Below, in pieces: positions 48,942 to 59,486 of a stretch of DNA of 64,000 nt. Below the pieces are notes generated by a model. That model saw nothing but the letters and a program-made list of their open reading frames with translations, ran no database searches and was not told the DNA's origin. Origin of the DNA: a bacterium (GTDB lineage Bacteria; Krumholzibacteriota; Krumholzibacteriia; LZORAL124-64-63); contig JANOEP010000061.1 of NCBI GenBank assembly GCA_031441465.1, positions 40,683 through 104,682 of the forward strand, written 5' to 3'. The translations under genes and the position numbers were made by a program. The stretch's first letter is position 1. Every line of letters starts with the position of its first letter.

Positions 48942-49244
48942 ATGCGGACCGAAGCGGACAAGACGGACCTGCACAACATCGTGACCTACGGCCTGGTGTT
49001 CGCCCTGGGGCTGGTGGTGGCCATCCTCGCCCTGGAGATCGGCTTCCATCTCGTCCAGCGGCGCCAGTTCGAGCGCAAGGTGGTGGCGGTGGCTCCCGCC
49101 GAACTGCTGGCCCTGCAGGCCGCCCAACTGGGCGTGCTGCAGCAGGGCGTACGCTGGGTCGACGGTCCTGCGGGCCTGGTGGGCATGCCCATCGAGACGG
49201 CGATGGACGTCGTCGTGCGCCGTCACGGCGGAGACGGGGACTAG
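48942..49244 (+). CDS. Small single-TM protein at the ActG position
   Basis: One TM and C-terminal RWVD...VGMPIETAM. Lies between actF and sco. Confidence 0.65.
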   Translation: MRTEADKTDLHNIVTYGLVFALGLVVAILALEIGFHLVQRRQFERKVVAVAPAELLALQAAQLGVLQQGVRWVDGPAGLVGMPIETAMDVVVRRHGGDGD

Positions 49245-49246
49245 GC

Positions 49247-50056
49247 ATGGCGCTCCGCGGCACCGCGACGGCCTTCGCGATGGCGGCCCTGCTGACGGCC
49301 GCGACGCCGGCCCGCGCGCAGACGGATCTCGCCGGCCTGACCGGAGCCGACATCGTCGAGCGTCCGGGCGCGACGCTGCCCCTGGACCTGGTGTTCGTCG
49401 GCGAGGACAGCACGGAGGTCCGCCTGGGCGACTGCTTCGCGCCGGGGCGTCCGGTGATCCTGAACCTGGGCTACTTCGCCTGCCCGATGCTGTGCGGGCT
49501 GGTGCTCAACGGCATGATCGACGGTCTGCGCGACGTGCCTTGGACGCCGGGCCGGGAGTTCGGGATCGTGACGCTGAGCATCGACGCGCGCGAGGGCCCG
49601 CGGCTGGCGGGCCTGAAGAAGCAGAACGCGCTGGAGTCCTACGGCCGACCCGAGGCGGCGGCCGGTTGGCGCTTCCTGACCGGAGGCGAGGCGGAAGTCC
49701 GCGCCGTGGCCGACGCCGTCGGGTTCGGATTCGTCTGGGAAGAGAAGACCCAGAAGTGGATGCACCCGGCCGCGCTGGTGGTCTGCACCCCGGACGGCAG
49801 GGTGTCGCGCTACCTGTACGGCGTGGAATTCGACGCGCAGACGCTGCGCCTGGCGCTGTCCGAGGCGTCCGGGGGCAGGATCGGCGGGACCACGGAGAAG
49901 ATCCTGCTCCTCTGCTACGACTACGATTCGAGCGTGGGCCGGTACGGGCCGTCCGCACGCAGGCTGATGACCGTCGCCGGATACGTCACGGTGCTCGCGA
50001 TCGCGGGCTGGCTGGCGCTGCTGTGGCGCCGCGAGCGCAGAAGGAAATCGATATGA
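49247..50056 (+). CDS. SCO1/SenC family copper chaperone
   Basis: YFACPMLC (CxxxC), WRFLTG, HPAA and GRVSRYLYG, with a C-terminal TM. Confidence 0.92.
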   Translation: MALRGTATAFAMAALLTAATPARAQTDLAGLTGADIVERPGATLPLDLVFVGEDSTEVRLGDCFAPGRPVILNLGYFACPMLCGLVLNGMIDGLRDVPWTPGREFGIVTLSIDAREGPRLAGLKKQNALESYGRPEAAAGWRFLTGGEAEVRAVADAVGFGFVWEEKTQKWMHPAALVVCTPDGRVSRYLYGVEFDAQTLRLALSEASGGRIGGTTEKILLLCYDYDSSVGRYGPSARRLMTVAGYVTVLAIAGWLALLWRRERRRKSI

Positions 50057-51105
50057 TCTTGAGCGGGTTGGTGAACACGCTGTCGGTCCGCGGTGCGGGG
50101 ATCCCCTTCCTGGCCGCGGGCGACGGGACCTTCTGGCTGCCGGTCCGGGCCTCGGAGAGCGCCGGGGCCGTCGACAACCTGTTCTATTTCATCTTCTGGA
50201 TCTCGCTGTTCTTCTTCACGCTGCTGATGGCGCTGATGGCGATCTTCGCCGTGCGCTACCGCCGCCGCCGCGAGGGGGAGGAGCCCGAGCCCTCGCCGTC
50301 GCACAACCTGGCGGTCGAGATCGTCTGGACGGCCATCCCGGTGCTGCTGGTCGCGGCCATCTTCTGGTTCGGCTTCCAGGCCTACGTCGACATGTCCACG
50401 CCGCCGCTGAACGCCTACCAGATCCAGGTGACGGGCCAGAAGTGGAAGTGGACCTTCACCTACCCGAACGGGTACGTGGACGAACTGCTGCACGTGCCGG
50501 CCGACCGCCCGGTGCAGCTGGTGATGACCTCGCAGGACGTGATCCACAGCCTGTCGATCCCCGCCTTCCGCATCAAGCGGGACCTGGTGCCGGGGCGCTA
50601 CAGCAAGGCGTGGTTCACCGCGGTGCTGCCCGGCGACTACGACCTCTACTGCGCCGAGTACTGCGGCACGCAGCATTCGTCGATGATCTCGACGGTGAAG
50701 GTGCTGGAGCCCGAGGCGTTCGACGCGTGGATGCTCGCCCATTCGGACATCCTGAGCGGCCTGTCGCCGGTCGAGGGCGGCGAGCGCGTCTACAACGTGC
50801 TCGGCTGCAAGCAGTGCCACTCGCTCGACGGCGCCGCCGGCGTGGGGCCGACCTTCCGCAACCTGTTCGGCGGCGAACGGCCGCTGAAGGGCGGCGGACG
50901 GGTGACGGCCGACGAGAACTACGTGCGCAGTTCCGTGCTCGACCCCCAGTCCCAGGTGGTGCAGGGCTTCGAGCCGGTGATGCCGACCTTCAAGGGCCGC
51001 ATCAAGGACCAGGAAATCACGGCGCTGATCGCCTTCCTGAAATCGCTGAGCGAGCACGCGCCGCAGGAGGCAGCGCCGGCGGCCGCCGCGGCCGGGACCC
51101 CGTAG
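50053..51105 (+). CDS. coxB: Cytochrome c oxidase subunit II with fused cytochrome c (caa3 type)
   Basis: [13 protein letters not shown], CuA motif [12 protein letters not shown] and C-terminal CKQCH...MPTF. Confidence 0.95.
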   Translation: MILSGLVNTLSVRGAGIPFLAAGDGTFWLPVRASESAGAVDNLFYFIFWISLFFFTLLMALMAIFAVRYRRRREGEEPEPSPSHNLAVEIVWTAIPVLLVAAIFWFGFQAYVDMSTPPLNAYQIQVTGQKWKWTFTYPNGYVDELLHVPADRPVQLVMTSQDVIHSLSIPAFRIKRDLVPGRYSKAWFTAVLPGDYDLYCAEYCGTQHSSMISTVKVLEPEAFDAWMLAHSDILSGLSPVEGGERVYNVLGCKQCHSLDGAAGVGPTFRNLFGGERPLKGGGRVTADENYVRSSVLDPQSQVVQGFEPVMPTFKGRIKDQEITALIAFLKSLSEHAPQEAAPAAAAAGTP

Positions 51106-51169
51106 GCGGGCGCAACGCCCGCAGGCAGACGCAACGAGGGGCGCGACGCCCCGCAGACCGGAGGGCTCC

Positions 51170-52840
51170 ATGTCGACCCATGACGCCACCGCGGCCCCGC
51201 CGGCCGTCGGCAGCGAGAACTACCTGAACTGCAGCCACGGCTTCCGCTCGTGGTTCTTCACGCTCGACCACAAGCGGATCGGCGTGATGTACCTGGCCTC
51301 GATCCTGTCCTTCTTCCTGCTGGGCGGCATCCTGGCCCTGCTGATCCGCACCGAGCTGCTGACGCCGACGCGCACGCTGATGTCGGCCGACGACTACAAC
51401 AAGGTCTTCACGCTGCACGGCGCGATCATGATCTTCCTGTTCATCATCCCGGGCATCCCGGCGGCGCTGGGCAACTTCGTGCTGCCGCTGATGCTCGGCG
51501 CGAAGGACGTGGCGCTGCCGCGGCTCAACCTGGCCAGCTACCACCTGTACCTCGTCGGGGCGCTGATCGCGGTGCTGTCGATCGTGCAGGGTGGCGTGGA
51601 CGCCGGCTGGACCTTCTACGCGCCCTACTCAACCACGACCAACACCGCGGTGGTGACGCTGACCCTCGGGGTGTTCGTGCTGGGCTTCAGTTCGGTGTTC
51701 ACGGGGCTGAACTTCATCGTCACCATGCACAAGATGCGGCCGGCGGGCATGGGCTGGTTCGACATGCCGCTGATGCTGTGGGCGCTCTACGCCACGTCCA
51801 TCATCCAGGTCCTGGCCACGCCGATCCTGGGCATCACCATGGTGCTGCTGATCGTCGAGCGCGTGATGGGGATCGGCATCTTCGACCCCGCCCTGGGCGG
51901 CGACCCGGTGCTCTACCAGCACTTCTTCTGGTTCTACTCCCACCCGGCCGTCTACATCATGATCCTGCCGGCGATGGGCATCATCAGCGAGGTCGTGTCG
52001 GTCTTCAGCCGCAAGCACATCTTCGGCTACCGGGCCATCGCCTACTCGAGCATCGCCATCGCCGCCTTCAGCTTCCTGGTCTGGGGTCACCACATGTTCA
52101 CCAGCGGCCAGTCCCAGCTGATGAACATGATCTTCAGCGCGCTGACCTTCAGCGTCTCGATCCCCTCGGCCGTGAAGATGTTCAACTGGCTGAGCACGAT
52201 GTACAAGGGTTCCATCCGCTTCGACACGCCGATGATCTACGCCCTGTCCTTCATGTTCCTGTTCGGCATCGGCGGCCTGACCGGGCTGTTCCTGGGGTCG
52301 CTGGCCACCGACGTCCACCTGCACGACACCTACTTCGTGGTGGCCCACTTCCACTACGTGATGTTCGGCGGCACGGTGATCGCGTTCCTGGCCGGCCTGC
52401 ACTACTGGTGGCCGAAGATGTTCGGGCGGATGTACGACGAGAAGTGGGGCCGCATCTCGGCGATCATCATCTCGGTGGGCTTCAACATCACGTTCTTCAC
52501 CCAGTTCGTCATGGGCAGCCAGGGCATGCCGCGGCGCTACTACGCCTACGTGGACAAGTTCGAGCCCTACCACGTGATCTCGTCGATCGGCAGCTACCTG
52601 ATGGCCGTGGGTTTCTTCATGACCGCCTGGTACCTGGTGAAATCGCTCTACCGCGGCCGGCCGGCGCCGGCCAACCCGTGGGGCGGCGCGGCCATGGAGT
52701 GGCAGGCCGCCTCGCCGCCCGTGCTGCACAACTTCACGGAAGAGCCAGTGGTGGGCGACCCCTACGACTATTCGAACCAGACGTACGATCCCGCGATCGG
52801 CGGGTACGTGCGCCGCAAGACCGAGGTGTCCGACCGATGA
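51170..52840 (+). CDS. coxA: Cytochrome c oxidase subunit I, A2 type
   Basis: [21 protein letters not shown] (YS motif of A2 oxidases), WGHHM and [12 protein letters not shown]. Confidence 0.97.
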   Translation: MSTHDATAAPPAVGSENYLNCSHGFRSWFFTLDHKRIGVMYLASILSFFLLGGILALLIRTELLTPTRTLMSADDYNKVFTLHGAIMIFLFIIPGIPAALGNFVLPLMLGAKDVALPRLNLASYHLYLVGALIAVLSIVQGGVDAGWTFYAPYSTTTNTAVVTLTLGVFVLGFSSVFTGLNFIVTMHKMRPAGMGWFDMPLMLWALYATSIIQVLATPILGITMVLLIVERVMGIGIFDPALGGDPVLYQHFFWFYSHPAVYIMILPAMGIISEVVSVFSRKHIFGYRAIAYSSIAIAAFSFLVWGHHMFTSGQSQLMNMIFSALTFSVSIPSAVKMFNWLSTMYKGSIRFDTPMIYALSFMFLFGIGGLTGLFLGSLATDVHLHDTYFVVAHFHYVMFGGTVIAFLAGLHYWWPKMFGRMYDEKWGRISAIIISVGFNITFFTQFVMGSQGMPRRYYAYVDKFEPYHVISSIGSYLMAVGFFMTAWYLVKSLYRGRPAPANPWGGAAMEWQAASPPVLHNFTEEPVVGDPYDYSNQTYDPAIGGYVRRKTEVSDR

Positions 52841-53685
52841 GCACCCCGCACGAGGGACGCGACGAGCACGCCGATCCCCACCTGCAGCACCATTTCGAGT
52901 CCATGGCGCAGCAGTACGATTCCGGCAAGTTCGGCATGTGGCTGTTCCTGGTCACCGAGGTGCTGCTGTTCGGCGGGCTCTTCTGCGCCTACGCGGTCTA
53001 CCGGGCCAACCACCCCGAGATCTTCGCCTACGCGCACCAGTTCCTGGACAAGACCCTGGGCGGCCTCAACACGCTGGTGCTGATCGTCAGCAGCCTCACC
53101 ATGGCGATGGCCGTGCGCTGCGCCCAGCTGGGCCAGCAGCGCCGGCTCAAGCAGATGCTCGCGGCCACCCTGCTCTGCGCCTGCGTCTTCCTGGCCGTCA
53201 AGGGCGTCGAGTACCAGCACAAGTGGAAGCACGGCCTGCTCTGGGGAACGCGCTACGTGGCCCAGGGCGAGACGGCGGCGCCGGCGGACGCCGCCGGGGT
53301 CGTGACGACGCCCGAGCCGGCGGCGGCGGTCCCCGTCCCCGCCGACGGCGGCACGACCCTGCCGCACGCGGCGACGGGCCCGGCGGGCCTGGCCGGCGAC
53401 CACCCGCAGGACGGGCACGGCGCCGCCGCGCACGGAGGGCACGGGTCGGCTGGCCCGGCGCCGCGCAACGTGCAGCTGTTCTTCGGCATCTACTTCGTGA
53501 TGACCGGCCTGCACGGCATCCATGTCCTGGCCGGCATGATCGCCATCGGCTGGCTGCTGCGGCGGGCTTCGGCGGGCGAATTCGGCCCGCAGTACTTCGC
53601 GCCGGTCGATTTCGTCGGGCTCTACTGGCACCTGGTGGACCTGATCTGGATCTTCCTCTTCCCGCTGCTCTACCTGATCCACTGA
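52837..53685 (+). CDS. coxC: Cytochrome c oxidase subunit III
   Basis: [35 protein letters not shown] and [18 protein letters not shown]. Confidence 0.95.
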   Translation: MSTPHEGRDEHADPHLQHHFESMAQQYDSGKFGMWLFLVTEVLLFGGLFCAYAVYRANHPEIFAYAHQFLDKTLGGLNTLVLIVSSLTMAMAVRCAQLGQQRRLKQMLAATLLCACVFLAVKGVEYQHKWKHGLLWGTRYVAQGETAAPADAAGVVTTPEPAAAVPVPADGGTTLPHAATGPAGLAGDHPQDGHGAAAHGGHGSAGPAPRNVQLFFGIYFVMTGLHGIHVLAGMIAIGWLLRRASAGEFGPQYFAPVDFVGLYWHLVDLIWIFLFPLLYLIH

Positions 53686-53713
53686 GCGGCGGTCCGCGGG
53701 AGGCGGCACGAGC

Positions 53714-54055
53714 ATGAACAAGCACCACGAAGGCCCCGCCTACGCCCACGTCGTGTCCGTCAGGACGCTGCTGGGCGTGTTCGGGGCCCTGATGTTCCTG
53801 ACGATCCTGACCTACGCCGTGACCTACGTCGACCTGGGGGCCCTGAACATCTGGGTGGCCATGGGGATCGCCGTGGTCAAGGGCACGCTGGTGGCCCTGG
53901 TCTTCATGCACCTGCTCTGGGACAAGAAGTTCTACGCCGTGGTGCTGATGAGCGCCCTGGTCTGCGTGATGATCTTCATCGGCATCGCCCTGCTCGACAG
54001 CGGCCAGTACCAGGCCGACCTGATCCCCGGCTACGCGCCCTCGATCATCCCTTGA
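53714..54055 (+). CDS. coxD: Cytochrome c oxidase subunit IV family (caa3 CtaF-like)
   Basis: ALMFLTILT, IAVVKGTLVALVFMHL and three TMs. Confidence 0.88.
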   Translation: MNKHHEGPAYAHVVSVRTLLGVFGALMFLTILTYAVTYVDLGALNIWVAMGIAVVKGTLVALVFMHLLWDKKFYAVVLMSALVCVMIFIGIALLDSGQYQADLIPGYAPSIIP

Positions 54056-54061
54056 CCGCGG

Positions 54062-54793
54062 TCATTCCGGCCCGAGCGCGGCCGCCGCGGCCGCGGGGTC
54101 GGCCGTCGTTCCGGGATACGTCCGCAGCGGGAAGGGGATGTGGCCCGCGTCGGCGAAGGTCACCAGGCGGCACGTCCCGTCGGGCCGCACCTGGATCACC
54201 GTCAGGCTGCAGTTGGCGATGCTCATGCCCAGCCAGGCCTCGGCGTCGACGCCCAGCGCACGGCAGACGAACCAGCGGATGACGTTGCCGTGGCAGACCA
54301 CGACGTCGTGGACGTCGCGGTCCGCGGCGGGCCGGACCAGGCGGTCCCAGGCAGCGGACAATTCCCGCTCGCAGGCCTCGGCCTCGCCCGGCTCCAGCTT
54401 CGCCATGACGTCGGCGCGTCGGGTCGGCGGCGTGCACTCGCGCACGTCGCGGTGGAGTTCGAGCGGCGGGCCCGGCAATCGCCCGGCGATGATCGTCGCG
54501 GTCTCGCGGGCCCGGGTCATGCTGCTGGATTGCAACGACGAGAATTCGATCCCCAGCGAAGCCAGCAGGTCGCCGGCCAGCGCGGCCTGGTGCCGGCCCA
54601 GCCGGTCCAGACCGCAGCCGACGTCCTCGTCGCAGTCTTCGTCGTGCACATACTCGCCGTGGCGGATCAGGTAGAGGGTGCGGACCGGCGCGTCGTGCGC
54701 CGGCCAGCCCGCCGCCGAGTCCGAGGCCGTCGCGGCCAGCAGGGCCGCCGCCAGGATCGCCGATACGGCTGATCTGCTCGTCATTCCCGTCAT
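54062..54793 (-). CDS. Secreted histidine phosphatase, PGAM5-like
   Basis: Signal peptide, [16 protein letters not shown] and [16 protein letters not shown]...W...NCSLT. Confidence 0.85.
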   Translation of the reverse strand: MTGMTSRSAVSAILAAALLAATASDSAAGWPAHDAPVRTLYLIRHGEYVHDEDCDEDVGCGLDRLGRHQAALAGDLLASLGIEFSSLQSSSMTRARETATIIAGRLPGPPLELHRDVRECTPPTRRADVMAKLEPGEAEACERELSAAWDRLVRPAADRDVHDVVVCHGNVIRWFVCRALGVDAEAWLGMSIANCSLTVIQVRPDGTCRLVTFADAGHIPFPLRTYPGTTADPAAAAAALGPE

Positions 54794-54875
54794 CCCGCCC
54801 CTCCCCGGAAGCGCCCCGCAGCCGGAACCGATTTTCATATCGGAACCTACGGGACCCCGCCCCCGCCGTCGAGCC

Positions 54876-54902
54876 TCAAGCTTTCGCCGCGCCGGCCGAT
54901 GT
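54876..54902 (+). promoter_or_regulatory. Sigma28 (FliA)-type promoter of the MCP-hemerythrin operon
   Basis: TCAAGCTT-N11-GCCGATGT matches the spacing of the consensus TAAAGTTT-N11-GCCGATAA and lies about 75 nt upstream of the MCP ATG. Confidence 0.7.
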
Positions 54903-54975
54903 GGAGTCCGGGATGGGCTGCCCGCGACCGCGTCGGGCGACCCCGCCTTGGATCGCCCGTTTCCGGAGGCCAGCC

Positions 54976-56178
54976 ATGTCCATGGGTTTGTCCCTGCGCG
55001 CGAAGCTCTTGACGGTCGGGATCTGCGTGACGCTCGCGCCTCTGGCGGCGCACATGATGTTCGACCGGAACGACGACGACCTGACCATGCTGCTGACCGC
55101 ACTGGCGGCGGCCACGCTCGCCGCGATCGTCTGGTCCCTGGTGGCCCGGAGCATCGATCACGATCTCGAGCGGGTTGCGCGGAGGATCGGCGGCGCAGGC
55201 ACCCTGCTCGTCACGGCATCGCGGCAGGTGGCGGGCGGCGGTCAGCGCACGGCGCAGAACACCGTCGACCAGGCGGCCAACCTGCAGGAGGTGACGGCGA
55301 CCCTCACCCAGCTGGTCGGCATGACGGGTCGCAACGCCGACAGCGCGCGCGAGGCCAACCGCGAGGCGGGCGAGGCCTGCCGCGAGGCGGCGGCCGGCAG
55401 CGAGGCGATGAGCCGGCTGGCCGGGACCGTCGGGCGCATCAAGTCCGCCGCCGACGAATCGGTCAAGATCGTGCGCAGCATCGACGAGATCGCGTTCCAG
55501 ACCAACCTGCTGGCGCTCAACGCCGCGGTCGAGGCGGCCCGGGCCGGCGATGCCGGCCGCGGCTTCGCCGTCGTCGCCGAGGAGGTCCGCAACCTCGCCC
55601 GGCGCAGCGCCGAGGCGGCCAACACGACCACGGCCCTGATCGAGGAGTCGCGGGTCATCGCGGCCGACGGCGTGCGGGCGTCCGAGGAGGCGGCCACGGT
55701 GCTGCGGCGCATCGCCGTCGGCATCGAGCGCGTCAGCCACCTCGTGCGGCAGGTCGACGCGGCCAGCAGCGAACAGTCGCGTGACCTCGTCCAGATCAAC
55801 GAGACGGTCGTGCGCATGGACCGGGTCGTCCAGAACAACGCCGCCGGGGCCGAGGAGTCGGCGGCCGCCAGCCAGGAACTCGCTGGCCAGGCGGCGCAAC
55901 TGCTGAGCCTCGTCGCCGAACTGGAGCGTGTGGTGACGGGACAAGGGACTCACGACGAGGGCCGCGCGGCGAGGGAGCGGTTTGCCGCCTCGCGGCGCCT
56001 TAGGTCGCCGTACTCCACGCCGTCGCGCCCCACGCCGCCGCGGCCGTCGCCGTCGCGCCCGCGCGTCACGCGGCAGGCTCCGGCCGATTCGGCGCTCGAC
56101 CGGGCCGCGGCCCTGGACGACGACGATTACCTGGATCTCACCACGGCCTGGGACGAAACGCAGCAACTCGAAGTCTGA
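54976..56178 (+). CDS. Methyl-accepting chemotaxis protein lacking a periplasmic sensor domain
   Basis: Two TMs separated by about 10 residues, [40 protein letters not shown], and a Pro/Arg linker with an acidic tail. GGAGG RBS. Confidence 0.92.
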   Translation: MSMGLSLRAKLLTVGICVTLAPLAAHMMFDRNDDDLTMLLTALAAATLAAIVWSLVARSIDHDLERVARRIGGAGTLLVTASRQVAGGGQRTAQNTVDQAANLQEVTATLTQLVGMTGRNADSAREANREAGEACREAAAGSEAMSRLAGTVGRIKSAADESVKIVRSIDEIAFQTNLLALNAAVEAARAGDAGRGFAVVAEEVRNLARRSAEAANTTTALIEESRVIAADGVRASEEAATVLRRIAVGIERVSHLVRQVDAASSEQSRDLVQINETVVRMDRVVQNNAAGAEESAAASQELAGQAAQLLSLVAELERVVTGQGTHDEGRAARERFAASRRLRSPYSTPSRPTPPRPSPSRPRVTRQAPADSALDRAAALDDDDYLDLTTAWDETQQLEV

Positions 56179-56213
56179 ACCGACGGTTCGGACCGGCAAC
56201 GAAAGGAACACCC

Positions 56214-56642
56214 ATGAGCGCCATCGTCTGGACCGACGACCTGGAACTGGGTCTGCCGCAGATCGACGAGCAGCACCGGCAGATCATCGACCGCTACAAC
56301 GAACTCGCCGCCGCCTACCGCCGCCGCGAAACGGACGGCGAACTGGCCCGGCGGTTGGGAGTCCTTCTGGAAATCACAGCCGCCCATTTCACCACCGAAG
56401 AGGCGTTGATGGAGGAGCTGGGCTATGACGGCCTGGAGGAGCACCGCGAGGAGCACCAGGACCTGCTCCAGCGCGTGGGTCGCTTCCAGTCCGTCCTGGC
56501 CGAAGGCCGGCAAACCATCACCCTACCGGTTCTGCAATACATCCAGCACTGGCTGCTCGGCCACATTCGCGGCGCCGATTGCGAGTTCGGCAAGGCCGCC
56601 CGCCGGCTCGCCGCCCACGCGCTGGTCGCCCAACCGTCCTGA
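56214..56642 (+). CDS. Bacteriohemerythrin
   Basis: W...LG...ID.QH, HFTTEE, HREEH and WLLGHIRGAD: a complete di-iron ligand set. Confidence 0.92.
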   Translation: MSAIVWTDDLELGLPQIDEQHRQIIDRYNELAAAYRRRETDGELARRLGVLLEITAAHFTTEEALMEELGYDGLEEHREEHQDLLQRVGRFQSVLAEGRQTITLPVLQYIQHWLLGHIRGADCEFGKAARRLAAHALVAQPS

Positions 56643-56652
56643 GGAGGCCGAC

Positions 56653-57090
56653 GTGAGGCCGCTGCAGTGGGACGTCCGGTTCGGCACGGGGGTCGCGGCC
56701 CTCGACGCCGGCCACCGCGAATTTCTGGCCCTGCAAAACGCGTTGCTCGAAGCCCGCGGCCAAGGTCGCGGGCACCGTGTGCTGCATCAGGTTCTGGAAC
56801 AGTTGATCGCCTGGGCCGAGCGCCATCAGGCCCTCGAGGAAGCGATGTTCGAAGCGACCGGCTACCCCGCCGCGGCGCGGCACCGCACCGAACACGCGCG
56901 ATTGCTCGCCTCGGCGCTCAACCTCCGCCAGCGGCACGTCCTGGACCTCGAGCGGCTGACGCGCGCGGTGCTGGGCCTCTTCGACTTCTGGTGGAAGCGG
57001 CACATCCTGGAGCACGATCTGGAATTCGGGCGCTACCTCGCGACGGCACAACCGACACCTTCAGCCGAGCCGGCGCCGACCCAGGCGTAG
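56653..57090 (+). CDS. Second bacteriohemerythrin
   Basis: GTG after GAGGAGG; LDAGH, HQALEE, HRTEH and WWKRHILEHD. The 3' end overlaps the convergent copA end by 30 nt. Confidence 0.88.
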   Translation: MRPLQWDVRFGTGVAALDAGHREFLALQNALLEARGQGRGHRVLHQVLEQLIAWAERHQALEEAMFEATGYPAAARHRTEHARLLASALNLRQRHVLDLERLTRAVLGLFDFWWKRHILEHDLEFGRYLATAQPTPSAEPAPTQA

Positions 57091-59298
57091 GCTGTTCAGC
57101 ACCACCGAGACCGAACTGAAGGCCATGGCCGCGGCCGCGAGCATGGGATGGAAGTCCCGCAGCGCGGCGGGCAGTGCGCTCGCGCCGTGCAGGGCGCCTG
57201 CCGCCACCGGGATCAGCACCGCGTTGTAGCCGAAGGCCCAGGCGAGATTCTGCCGCACCGTCCGCATGGTCAGCCGGCTCAGTTCGCGGGCGCGCTGCAC
57301 GGCGCCCAGCCCGCCCCTCAGCAGGGTCACGTCCGCGGCCTCGATGGCGATGTGGCTGCCGTGCCCCACGGCGAAGCCCACGTCGGCGGTCGCCAGGGCG
57401 GGCGCGTCGTTGACGCCGTCGCCGACCATCCCCACCGTGCAGCAGTCCGCGAGGAAGCCCCCGACGACGGCGGCCTTGTCCTGCGGCGTCGCCGAATCGA
57501 ACACCTGCCCGATGCCCAGCTCGCGCGCGACGGCGGCCGCGGCGAGCGGCCCGTCGCCCGTCAGCATGATCACGTCGACGCCGAGCGTCTCGAGGTCCAG
57601 GACGGCCGCGGCCGCCTCCGGGCGCAGCGTGTCGCGCACGGCGACGAGCCCGCCGACGATCCCGTCCACCTCGACCAGCATGACGGTCTTGCCGTCGTTC
57701 CCCAACCGGTCGGCGGCGGCCCGCAGGTCGGCGGGCGCGCCCTGCGGCGCGATCCAGGCGGGCTTGCCCACGCGCACGTCCCGTCCGTCGACGACGGCCG
57801 TGACGCCGTGGCCGGGCACCGCGCGGAACGTGGTGGCGGGCGCGGGCGGCGGCGCGTCGCCCGCGGCCAGGGCGCGCCCGACCGGATGCTCCGAGGGCGA
57901 TTCGGCCGCCCGCACCAATGCCGCGAACCGTTCCGGCGTCAGGCCGGCGCCGTCGGCGACGATCCAGTCGGTCGCCTCCGGCCGGCCCTCGGTGAGCGTG
58001 CCGGTCTTGTCCACGAGCAGGGTGTTGACGCGGTGGGTCCGTTCCAGGGCGGCGGCGTCGCGGAACAGCACGCCGTGACGGGCGGCCAGCCCCGTGCCGA
58101 CCATCACGGCGGTCGGCGTCGCCAGCCCCAGGGCGCAGGGACAGGCGACCACCAGCACCGCGATCAGGCGGGTCAGCGCGGGGGCGAACTCCCCGCCGAA
58201 CGACCACCAGCCAGCGAACGTGAGCAGCGCCACGGCCACGATCGCCGGCACGAACACGGCGGCGACGCGGTCGGCCAGCCGCTGGACCGGGGCCTTGCTC
58301 TGCTGGGCGTGGCGGACCAGGGCGGTCACGCGCGCGAGCGCGGACTGCTCGCCCACGGCCGTCACGCGCACGGTGAGCAGACCGTCGCGGTTGATCGAGC
58401 CGCCGAGGACCTCGTCGCCCGGGCCGCGGTCCGCCGGCAGGGGTTCACCGGTGAACATGCTCTCGTCCACGGCGGCGTGCCCCTCGAACACCAGCCCGTC
58501 GACCGGCACGCGCTCCCCGGGTCGCACGCGCACCACGTCGCCCGGGTGCAGGCCGCCGACCGGCACGTCGCGCTCCACGCCGTCGCGCAGCAGGCTGGCC
58601 CGCTCCGGCGCGAGGGCCAGCAGGGCGGCGATGGCGTCGCCGGCGCGCCCCCGGGCCCGGGCTTCGAGCAGCTTGCCCAGGCGCACCAGGGTCAGGATCA
58701 CCGCGGCGGTCTCGAAGCCGGGATGCCCGCCCAGGCCCGGCACGACGAGCAGCGAAACGGCGTGCAGGTAGGCCGCGCCCGCGCCCAACGTCACCAGGGT
58801 GTCCATGTTGGCGGCGCCGGCGCGCAGCCCGCGCCAGGCTCCCGCGTAGAAGGTGCGTCCGGTCACGAACTGGACGGGAGTGGCCAGGGCGCCCAGCAAC
58901 CAGGGCATCCAGGCGGCGTGGAGCCAGGCCGACGCGAAGCCCAGATCGCGGGCCATCGAGAGGGTGAACAAGGGAACGGTGAAGACGGCGCCGATCAGGA
59001 ACTCCCGGCGGTGTCCAGCCTCCTCCCGGCGGCGGGCTTCACGTCCCGCCTCATCGGCGGACATCCCCGGTGTGGGCAACACCAGTTCGAACCCGGCGGC
59101 GGCCACCGCGGCGACCAACGCGTCGGCGCCGACGCGGTCGGGGTCGTAGCTCACGGTCACGGAATTGTCGGCGAGGTTGACCGCGGCGCTCAGCACGCCG
59201 GGGGTGTCGCGGCCGAGCGCCTTCTCGATGGAGGCGGCGCAACCGGCGCAGTGCATCCCGAGCACGGGCAGGGTGGCCTGGACGGTCTGAATCGGCAT
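57061..59298 (-). CDS. copA: Cu(I)-translocating P1B-type ATPase
   Basis: GMHCAGC HMA domain, TGEP, ACPCALGLATP, DKTGTLT, SEHP, GDGVNDAPALA, YN and MAFSS. Confidence 0.93.
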   Translation of the reverse strand: MPIQTVQATLPVLGMHCAGCAASIEKALGRDTPGVLSAAVNLADNSVTVSYDPDRVGADALVAAVAAAGFELVLPTPGMSADEAGREARRREEAGHRREFLIGAVFTVPLFTLSMARDLGFASAWLHAAWMPWLLGALATPVQFVTGRTFYAGAWRGLRAGAANMDTLVTLGAGAAYLHAVSLLVVPGLGGHPGFETAAVILTLVRLGKLLEARARGRAGDAIAALLALAPERASLLRDGVERDVPVGGLHPGDVVRVRPGERVPVDGLVFEGHAAVDESMFTGEPLPADRGPGDEVLGGSINRDGLLTVRVTAVGEQSALARVTALVRHAQQSKAPVQRLADRVAAVFVPAIVAVALLTFAGWWSFGGEFAPALTRLIAVLVVACPCALGLATPTAVMVGTGLAARHGVLFRDAAALERTHRVNTLLVDKTGTLTEGRPEATDWIVADGAGLTPERFAALVRAAESPSEHPVGRALAAGDAPPPAPATTFRAVPGHGVTAVVDGRDVRVGKPAWIAPQGAPADLRAAADRLGNDGKTVMLVEVDGIVGGLVAVRDTLRPEAAAAVLDLETLGVDVIMLTGDGPLAAAAVARELGIGQVFDSATPQDKAAVVGGFLADCCTVGMVGDGVNDAPALATADVGFAVGHGSHIAIEAADVTLLRGGLGAVQRARELSRLTMRTVRQNLAWAFGYNAVLIPVAAGALHGASALPAALRDFHPMLAAAAMAFSSVSVVLNSLRLGRRRLG

Positions 59299-59411
59299 GG
59301 GCGCCTCCGGAGCTGCAGGGTCGTCCCATGATAGGGGCGATCGGCCCGCCGACCCAGCCCGATCCCGGTTGTTCCCGAGGTCGCCGGGGCCGGATTCGCG
59401 GCTGCCGGAAC

Positions 59412-59440
59412 TTGACGCGGCGCGCGCCTGTGCCGACAAT
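59412..59440 (+). promoter_or_regulatory. Candidate sigma70 promoter for the phosphomannomutase gene
   Basis: TTGACG-N17-GACAAT. Confidence 0.5.
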
Positions 59441-59486
59441 GCCCCTTCGAATCCTCAGCTGTCCCCGCACCGGAGGTCCGCGCGCC

